This document shows positions 54,470-64,000 of a stretch of DNA of 64,000 nucleotides, piece by piece; within the stretch, counting starts at the first letter, position 1, and every line of letters begins with the position of its first letter. This stretch comes from Octopus vulgaris (taxonomy: Eukaryota): positions 71,610,001 to 71,674,000 of the forward strand of contig OX597831.1 in NCBI GenBank assembly GCA_951406725.2, read 5' to 3'. Under the pieces are notes generated by a model, which was not told where the DNA came from, searched no databases, and was given only the letters and a program-made list of their open reading frames with translations. A program made the translations under genes and the position numbers.

Positions 54470-55300
54470 AGCTCAGTAACAATCTATCAAGCAACAACTA
54501 CCCCAAAAACAGGTATTATCTACTCCAATTATGAAGAAAAGAGAGGATGAAACCAAAAAACTGTCCACAGTCTGTCTACCCTATGTGAAAGGCCTCTCTG
54601 AAAAGATACAAAGGATATGCGGCCCATATGACATCAGGACAGTATTCAAGAGTAATACAACACTTTGCAAATATCTCCCTCGGGTAAAACCACCAACAGA
54701 AGAGAATATGACCAAAGACTGCGTGTACTCCATCCCATGCAGCTGTGGTAGGTTATACAAAGGGGAAACATGCTGCCCCCTCAAAATAAGGGTAGAGGAA
54801 CATCACAAAGCTGTGACATGAAGAGATATTGATAAATCGGGTATAGCTGATTGTGTATGGAAAGATGGAGACCACCTCCCCCTGTGGGATGAAGTTAAAA
54901 TAATAGACAGAGAACACCACTGGAAAATATGAAAACTAAAAGCAGCAGCATATAGGCTAGGACACAACAACCTCCTAAGCAGCCTGAGTGCAGATATGAG
55001 TAGCATATGGGAGCCAGTATTAAGGAAGGATAGGAACATATTGGATTTATAAGCCCTATAATTCACTCCATAATTGCCCACGGGCATAGGGTGTAGTGGT
55101 TAAGAGCGCGGGCTACTAAACCCAAGATTCCAAGTTTGATTCCAGGCAGTGACCTGAATAATAATAACAACAATAATAATAACAACAATAATAATAATAA
55201 CAACATCAAAAAATACCTTAGGAATGATGACAGGATGGTATATCAGCCGAAACGTTGTGTTAACAACAAACAAGATGATGACAAATATCCGTCAAATGTA
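54470..55300 (+). mobile_element. Penelope-like element 3' part (GIY-YIG), with an inserted tRNA-SINE head at ~55080-55225 and an HHR remnant
   Basis: LPYVKGLSEKI..VYSIPCSCGRLYKGET..RVEEH. TGATGA..tcagcc-GAAAC-gttgt-GTT at 55225-55262. Confidence 0.8.
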
Positions 55301-55326
55301 AATAATGTAAAAATAGATTTGTAGTA

Positions 55327-56163
55327 CTATAAACGGAATATATTTTGAAATAAAATACAAACTACTTTCCGCAAATAATTGTTGAGAATTCCATGAATAT
55401 ATGGCTTGAGAATGTTGTTCAGTTAGATGGAATAATTTAAGAATTTTCTGTTGAGGTGGGTACGTTTAATTAGTAAAGATTCTTTATGAATATTCCATGT
55501 AATTATGATTAAATGTGGCGTCTAACTAAAAGTCCAACAACGAAATCCCTAACAAAAGCATATTAATCCTTGTTACATTCAGTATATTTTGGGCTTCACG
55601 GATTTGCCGTCTTTCAATACTAACAGAGGATTTTCTTTTTTGTTGGGTGTAAGTTTCACTAATAGTCCTGGGAAATTTTGTTGCTTGAGGATTATAGGAC
55701 ATACCAGAAGAGTTTTTGTTAGTTGCATGCATATTTCTCTGTATTTTCTTAAATATGCATATACGAACTATAAGTAGCATATGAGCTACTAGAACAAAGA
55801 CGAATGCAGCAAAGCACAGAGTCAAAACTATGGCAGAATGAGTAATATAAATTGTATCATTTATATCTTCTTCAGAAAATAAATACTCTTCACCAAAGAA
55901 GGGATCTCTATGTTTTGCGTGCCGTGAATAACAAATATTGGCAAACTTGAAGATGAGAGGCAAACATAAAACTAATACGAAAATGCTTGGCGGCTTTTCA
56001 TACAAAAGGTATGGCTGTGTGGTAAGTAGCTTGTTTACCAACCACATGGTTCCGGGTTCAGTCCCACTGCGTGGCACCTTGGGCAAGTGTCTTCTACTAT
56101 AGCCTCGGGCCGACCAAAGCCTTGTGAGTGGATTTGGTAGACGGAAACTGAAAGAAGCCCGTC

Positions 56164-56247
<84 letters not shown>

Positions 56248-56875
56248 AGATTTGTGTTTGTCCCCCTAGCATTGCTTGACAACCGATGCTGGTGTGTTTA
56301 TGTCCCCGTCACTTAGCGGTTCGGCAAAAGAGACCGATAGAATAAGTACTGGGCTTACAAAAGAATAAGTCCCGGGGTCGAGTTGCTCGATTAAAGGCGG
56401 TGCTCCAGCATGGCCGCAGTCAAATGACTGAAACAAGTAAAAGAGTAAAAGAGTAAAAGAGTATTGCCGTATCGACATACTCGCACACATGTATCAGCTG
56501 CTATAATGAATACAATCAAGGATGAATTGGATAGTCCTATTGTAATAATAAAACGCATCAAGCGACACACAGCATCAGTGTGAACGTGCAAAGGAAAGCA
56601 TAAAATTACAATTTCCAAAATAATACATATGAGGCAAGTTAAGAAATCACAAAAAGAAAACGCTGTCAGGAAGAAATTTGTTGCAGTTTTCTCGAATTTA
56701 TAATAACATATATATATATATATAACAATACTATTTCCAATATTCCCGATCACCATAACAATTTCCATAAAGATAAATGGAGGAAAATAAATAGGTGTCC
56801 ACCAGTACATCAATCAACCGTTGCAAGATGTTGGCAGACATTTTTGACATTTCTTCTGTTCGCATCAATTTCCAT
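55327..56875 (-). pseudogene. GPCR pseudogene, third paralogue
   Basis: IGNIGN..YYKFEKTATNFF..CDFLTCLICI..CRLMRF, then TM4-6 in ORF 55526-56272 and KPYIHG (TM7) in another frame. Frameshifts, stops and a SINE inserted after TM3. Confidence 0.85.
56012..56462 (+). mobile_element. SINE family 3 inserted into the GPCR pseudogene
   Basis: Matches the other family-3 copies and splits the GPCR at intracellular loop 2. Confidence 0.9.
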
Positions 56876-58163
56876 GGAATCCGTTTTTAATTTTGGTGTT
56901 CTCGTTGAGATCAGTACAAACTCTCTGGAAAGATGAAATAAAAATTATAAACACATGCATGTAAATATTGAAATTATAGGAAAGAACTGTTTAGGAAATT
57001 ATTTATCAAAGAAAACGGATTGCCACGGAAGTAGTTTAGTTAAATTTTCTATCAATATTAACCGATAATTTTGTTATAGAATAAAAACAGATTGCACTTA
57101 AACGGAATATTAAACCGGCAGTTTAACATTCTGTGTGATAAAGGATGATTTATGCTTTAATGAGTTTAATAATAATTTACCATTTCATCATTAGACTTTC
57201 TGATATTTTTGAGGAAGCCAAAAATTACTGAATTCTTCATTTCAAATTCGAGAATGTGATTTGAGTATTACATTTTAGTCATTATGACATTATAATACAA
57301 TTTCTCGTAACTAACGAAAGAATAACACTATAGGTTACCGCAGTAAAACATTGCTTTTACTGCAGTAAAACATATTGCATACCTAACATATACAGCTACA
57401 GAAAAACAAGTTTCCCCTGAGAAAACTGGTTTTTCTGTAGCAGTGTGTGTATCTCTTTCAGTGTGAGTTGTGTGTACTTAAGAAATTTCCTATTCAAGAG
57501 CATTAAATAGTTCCTTCTACTTTTGTTTTAGTTCTTATTCAGAATTATTGCTTTCTTATTCGCGAAGACTACATTATGTCATATGTGAACCACATTTTGC
57601 TTGTACGTTCCATTTCTGGAATAGCCTAGAAGGGTTTTTATGTCTGGCACACTATACACTTGGTGCACTTTATCACGCCACAGGCTGCTCAGACGTTCTC
57701 CCATGCGAAGAAATTAAAGTTTAAATTTCTTTTAGTTTAGTTACCGGATTCTATTCTGTTATAAAATAAGGCATTAACATGACAACACATCGTGTGTTAT
57801 CGTTTACTATGAATATACGGTATTTGTAACAAATAAATATTTATTAAATCTGTATTGTGATCGTTTCTTTTCGTCTTTCTGCTATTTATATTTCAGTTTC
57901 CAAAGTAATTGGTGATATATGTTTATTTCCCTTGTATGTCGGTTATATAATTTCTATTTTTGTACTCTTGTGAAGGTCACACTCTGGTACTTCCAGTTGA
58001 AACGGGATACTTTATTACTAATGAAATAAACGTGAACTGTTCATGTTCATTGCATTCTCTTTGCCATAAAAAGATGTACCATCACATTATGAAATATGGA
58101 GGAAAGGGATTTTTCACGGACACGAGAATCGTCAAACACTCTAAAGAGAGGTAGTCGTTAGGT

Positions 58164-58544
58164 GGAAGCACTCCGTCGGTTACGACGATGAGGGTTCCGG
58201 TTGATCCGACCAACGGAACAGCCTGCTCGTGAAATTAACGTATAAGTGGCTGAGCACTCCACAGACACGTGTACCCTTAACGTAGTTCTCGGGGATATTC
58301 AGCGTGACACAGAGTGACAAGGCCGACCCTTTGAAATACAGGTACAACAGGAACAGGAAGTAAGAGTGAGAGAAAGTTGTGGTGAAAGAGTACAGCAGGG
58401 ATCACCACCATCCTCTGCCGGAGCCTCGTGGAGCTTTAGGTGTTTTCGCTCAATAAACACACACAACGCCCGGTCTGGGAATCGAAACCGCGATCCTACG
58501 ACCGCGAGTCCGCTGCCCTAACCACTGGGCCATTGCGCCTCCAC
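58164..58544 (-). mobile_element. SINE family 2, full length
   Basis: 12-bp TSD tagtcgttaggt at 58152-58163 and 58545-58556; intact A and B boxes. Confidence 0.92.
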
Positions 58545-59859
58545 TAGTCGTTAGGTAGTCGTATGAACAATGGAGAAATGCCTTGCAGTATTTATTCCTG
58601 TTTCTGCGCTATGAATTCAAATGTCGCTGAGGTCAACTTTTCCTTTTATCCTTCTGGGGTCGATGAATAAAGAAATAGCCTAGGGTGATCGAGTGGTGCA
58701 CTCATTTAAGCGTCGGAATGGCGCAATCATTTAAGCAGTATTTAAGCAATCATTTAAGCAGTATTTCTAAGTACAAATCCAGCCGTGGCCTACTTGGTGG
58801 ATGACAAACTTAATCTGCTGTGCCAATACGTGGCAAATTGGGTGCTCTGATTTCCTATTTGAAGATACCTTCCCTCTCTTCCTCCTCCCCACCAGGTTCA
58901 GAGGTCCTGAAGGGGACCATGGAGACTACTCTTTCTTCTGACTAAGCAATTTAAAAAAAACAAAAGAGCAAGGAATTGGTAAGTCGAGAATATATTTCGC
59001 CATTTGTCACAAATACCACCTTCACCTGTGGTAAAATCCAAGGATCCTGAATTGTAACACTTCAGTCCATTTCCACGTCTAGTTGCCCTCCTGATCTGAC
59101 TTTCGAGCAAATTCCATTAATCCTTTGCTATTTCTTCAACAATATGAAATCAAATTACTAAAACATTCCGTGTGTATTTTTATCGCGTGTGCATTTGTTA
59201 TACCCCTTTTAGGAACAAAACCTACACTCACTAATATGCTCAGAAGGTCAACATCGAGAAAATGAACCATTCGACCATTAAACCAACGAGAAATCCCGAA
59301 CACCAGAGCTGTGAAACCTTTTTTTTTTTTTTTTTCAAAAATTTTTCTTATTTCAATAATTTTAAAAATAAATAGAGAAATACAAAAACATAACTAGAGT
59401 AATAATATCTTAATTTCTAATTTAGGCAAAAGGCCAGTAATTTTGAGGGGAAGAACAAAATTGATAACATCGATTGACTGGTACTTTGATTTATCGGCTC
59501 TAGAAAAGAAAGACTACAAAGCTGGCATTGGTACACAGAAAGCATCGGATGAATCGGTATTTCCGCCGACGTTCTAATGATTTTGCCGGCTCATCATCTA
59601 ACTCAACAACAGCAAAATGAATAAGCTTATAATACAACAAGCTTGGTAAACAAAAAGCATGAATTAAATATTACGAGTTAATTTGCTTAAATATTACATG
59701 CCCGACGGAAGAGATAGAAAGAAGTTAAAAAATATTTTCTTCCTGTTCCTTTTCTAATTACTCATCCATTAACTCTTACGTACACTTTATAAAGATCTCT
59801 CGAAATTCTATATGCATCCTAGTTTCCTAATATAATAATGAGTAGGGCTTTTATATATT

Positions 59860-59894
<35 letters not shown>

Positions 59895-59896
<2 letters not shown>

Positions 59897-60468
59897 CCAA
59901 AAAGGGTACGGACGTCGCTATATATATGTATATGTAAAAAAATACAAACTGGGACAGAAACGCAAAGCATTTAGAAGACAATACAAAAAACACGGACGGG
60001 ACATTCGAAGCCTTCAATCTTCAGTCAAGAACCGGATCATCTTCGCAATTTCGGCTGATTAATCTTGAGATTGCTCCGATCTGGTCAGCCCCAAAGGAAA
60101 ATCTAAGCCAAGCGCATTAGATTTCTTGGAAGAAAGCCTCGAATGTATACAAAACAAGGACGGAAAACAGGACGATGTTACACGAATAAGAATACAAAAA
60201 TACGTAAAAACAATAATGATAATAATAATAACAACAAAAACAGGACATCACAGACAAGCGTCTTTTCGACAGGACGAGTAAATTTTTGAGCTGGCGTTAG
60301 AAAAAAGCCTTAGGGCTAGAGAGAGAAAAAAAATTGTCTTGCCGCAACGGCTGCTGACCACGAAAAGGCTAGCAATCGGTCGGCTAGTCACGTGCGAGGA
60401 GAAGAGAGAGGAAAAGAGGGACAGATGAAGAGAGAAAGAAGGGGAACAAGGAACAAAGGAGGAGGGGA

Positions 60469-60499
<31 letters not shown>

Positions 60500-60695
60500 T
60501 GATCAAAGAGGATTGCAAAGTGTGAAAGGCAGAGAAATGTAGGAGACGGGGGAGAGAGACAGTGTTATAGAGTCGTACCAAGATAAGAATATGTACTTAT
60601 ATATTAGACCAAAAAGTGTACGGACACCAGTATATATATATGTATATGTAAAAAAATACAAACTGGGACAGGAACGCAAAACATTTAGAAGACGT
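59895..60695 (-). mobile_element. PLE pseudo-LTR/retrozyme-like element, copy C, with partial terminal direct repeat
   Basis: CT-rich tract, CACGTGAC, permuted HHR and gtaccc end. ~85-bp direct repeat at 59896-59979 and 60607-60693. Confidence 0.6.
60009..60074 (-). ncRNA. Non-circularly permuted hammerhead-like motif
   Basis: Minus strand: gcaa-TC-tcaaga..agcc-GAAA-ttgc..tcttga-CTGAAGA-ttgaa-ggct. Confidence 0.65.
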
Positions 60696-61222
60696 TGCCC
60701 CAAATCACAGAGTAGGAGTAGGACAGAGTAGGAGAAAGAGTAGTATAAGTGAAGGGAGAGGAGAGAAAATAGTAATTCGGTGAAGGAGAAGTAGTGAGAG
60801 TAATAGCCCTGACTGAGAGAGAGTGAGAGAAAGTAATAGCAATGAGAAAAAGAAAGTGGCAAAGAGCGTGTCATGTATCTTCTATTTTTCTCCATCACAA
60901 CATATGAATGAGAAAGGAAGGGGTGGTAGATGAATATCGAAGGAAGGGGTGAAAAAAAAACAGCGTTTCAACACTGTGTGAGTATATGTGTGTGTATGTA
61001 AAAGGGAGGTATGTGAATGTGTGTATGTGCGTGTGTGTTTGTGTGTGTGTGTGTGTGTATGTGTCTGTGTGTCTGTGTTGAGTAATTACACTAGTTTACG
61101 ATCAAAGATCATAGATAAATAATAGTTAATTGAAACAATTAAGTCGGGTATTATTGTATGGTATTATTGTGTGTGTGTATGTGTGTGTGTGTGAGTGTGA
61201 GTGTGTGTGTTTGTGTGTGTGT

Positions 61223-61327
<105 letters not shown>

Positions 61328-61850
61328 TGTGCAATGGAAATGGGATGATGAACGTTCAACGCTGAAAAGAAAAATCAAACAGCATTTCAACTCTGTTCGA
61401 GTGTATGTATGTATGTACAAGGGAAGTATGTGAATGTTTGTATCTGTGATTATTATGTACCTTATTTAATCCCTTATTTATATATAAAATACTACAATTA
61501 GCTGTCATTTTTGACGGCACAGGGTCAGCTAGTGTCATTTATAAAACAACTCTCCATATTTATAAAGATTTAAATTGTCCATACAGCAACAATAAAATGA
61601 AACTTAAATATCTTTTCCCCGGTCCTTGCTCAGCCCTTTCTCATCCCTAGACTGCTTCAAATGTCTATCTTTTATGCAGCTTCTTCAACTGAATGATGTT
61701 TCAGCTTTGTTTTCTCGCCACATTCAAACTAGTTGACATATATGCCCCGCAGACAGAAACACTTGTTGTACGAACACAAATTTACTCTCGATTAAACTTT
61801 CCACTTAAATCAAAAACCCATATCTTCGTCCAGGAACAATAGTTTATTAG

Positions 61851-62043
61851 TTTCAGTCATTAGACTGTGGCCATGCTGGGGTAACGCGTTGTGGGAGTTT
61901 TAGTCGACTGAATCGACTGCAGTACTTATTTTTTGTTAACCCTGTTACTTATTCTATCGGTCTCTTTGTCGAACCGCTAATTTGCGGAGACATAAACACA
62001 GCAACACCGGTTGTCAAGCGGCGGTAGGGTTACAAGTAGACAA

Positions 62044-62104
<61 letters not shown>

Positions 62105-62272
62105 TGTATCTATGTATGTATGCATGTATGTATATATACGACGGGCTTCTTTCAGCTTCCGTCTACCAAATTCACTCACAAGGTTTTGGTCACCGCCCAA
62201 GGTGCTATGCAGAGGGATGGAACCCAGAACCATGCAGTTGGGAAGCACGCTTCTTACCACATAGCCACGCAG
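61851..62272 (-). mobile_element. Older SINE family 3 copy
   Basis: Diverged reverse-complement match. Confidence 0.8.
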
Positions 62273-63160
62273 GTTGTATTAATTTCTACAACATTCATGA
62301 AATTCAATGTGAGTTACTTAAAAGAAAACACTGTGTTGATGTGTGTTTCCGATAGCCTACATTTTTAACAATTCTTACGATTCCATTTTTGTAGCATGCA
62401 AAGTGGCTTAGGGTGCAAATATTTCAACATTCCTTCACACAATTATTCCGGTATCAATGCAATTGATCATTGCAGAGTGCATAGTGCTTTAAATTCCAGA
62501 AATGCTTTGCGTTTCCCAGAGCTGTAAAGGTTCTTTCCTATCTGTTATATATTTTATATATTTACATCAAATCTTTTGGTCTGTTATCCCACCCAAAAAT
62601 ATCTTTTCATATATTCCTTAAATACACGTATTATCTATCATCACATGTACATGAGTGTTTGTTTTACAATTTTCAAACAACATAATCTCTTTTCTGTTCT
62701 AATTTAATAAAAATTTATTTATGTCAATAACCGTTTAAATTTTATTGCAAAAAGTCTTCAAAAGTTACTGCAAATTCTTACCAGAAAATAACAAACAATA
62801 TTTGTGGTTTGCTACTAATAAAATTTCAATACATTTTTATACCGCGAGTAAACCCAAGCTATTGCAATACCTAGGGACCAGGTATTGCAGTAGCCTGAGT
62901 TTCATAGGTACTTTTTCTATCGTCCCTCTTTTTGTCGAACTCACACACATACACACACACATAATGTGTGTGTGTTAAAAACATATAATAAATGCACAAA
63001 CAGAAAACACACGCAGGTGTTATAGGCCAGGTTATGCGCAATTTCGCGTCTTCAGCGATAATATTAATCCACTTCTGGTGGCTCCAGCCGCATGAGGCTG
63101 CCGAGGAATGGCAAGCCAACAAACAAGGGACCAAACATGATAAAAAGGGAATAAACAGGA

Positions 63161-63322
63161 GAAGGAGTGGCTGTGTGGTAAGTAGCTTGCTAACCAACCA
63201 CATGCTTCCGGGTTCAGTCCCACTGCATGGCATCTTGGGCAAGTGTCTTCTGCTATAGCCCCGGGCCGACCAATGCCTTGTGAGTGGATTTGGTAGACGG
63301 AAACTGAAAGAAGCCTGTCGTA

Positions 63323-63419
<97 letters not shown>

Positions 63420-63632
63420 TTGTGTGTCTGTGTTTGTCCCCCTAGCATTGCTTGACAACCGATGCTGGTGTGTTTACGTCCCCGTTACTTAGCGGTTCGG
63501 CAAAACAGACCGAAAGAATAAGTACTGGCCTTACAAAGAATAAGTCTCGGGGTTGATTTGATCTCGACTAAAGGCGGTGCTCCAGCATGGCCGCAGTCAA
63601 ATGACTGAAACAAGTAAAAGAGTAAAAGAGTA
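63161..63632 (+). mobile_element. SINE family 3
   Basis: Full-length match. Confidence 0.9.
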
Positions 63633-63959
63633 AACAAACGAGAAGTAAATATACAAACCAGAAACTGGAGATACGAACATGAATATATGTGATTCAAGAC
63701 GTGACTATTAGTGGACGAACGAGGGAGAAAGATGATAAGAAACAAGAGGAATTGTGAACATAGGAAAAAACTGAAAAAAATAAGCAGAATACGGCCTTGA
63801 AGAGCTGCAGAGGTCGAAAATATGGTTAACGCCACAAGGAATATCTTAAAATATTAGAAACAGAAGGACTACAGATAGACAGCGAAATGGATTCAGAGTG
63901 GGAGACGAGAGAAAATATGACCATACATACATACATACATACATACATACATACATACA

Positions 63960-63990
<31 letters not shown>

Positions 63991-64000
63991 GATATGTAAT

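Noticed and set aside
58480-58544. tRNA genes (also 55080-55150 and other SINE heads)
   Set aside because: A/B boxes are present but continue into SINE bodies; no complete cloverleaf is seen.
63790-63835. TTGAAGA...CGAAA motif
   Set aside because: The 3-8 pair is only a U-G wobble and there is no stem I.

Overview
This is repeat-dense eukaryotic DNA, most likely an octopus or other cephalopod. That is inferred from the tRNA-derived SINE families and the abundant (TA)n/(ATT)n microsatellites. The only credible host genes are a small cluster of intronless rhodopsin-class GPCR paralogues: two intact 362-aa ORFs (8648-9736 +, 28489-29577 -) and one SINE-disrupted pseudogene (~55327-56875 -). The rest is transposon debris: R4/Dong-type LINEs sitting in TAA arrays, L1/Tx1 and RTE fragments, Penelope-like (PLE) fragments, several SINE families, Tc1/mariner, hAT, Merlin, Helitron/Helentron and a nested TRIM-like LTR element. 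The most striking signal is a set of hammerhead-ribozyme (HHR) motifs. Three diverged copies (8200-8259 +, 22448-22507 +, 60009-60074 -) have the three hammerhead strands in a NON-circularly permuted, pseudoknotted order, with covarying stems I and III, inside a shared ~0.5-0.7 kb non-coding element. Minimal type-I HHRs also occur, including compensatory G3-C8 and U3-A8 core variants. A second highlight is an 856-bp TIR transposon with an 8-bp TSD that carries a telomeric (CCCTAA)n array. All calls were made by eye; no database search or folding computation was run.
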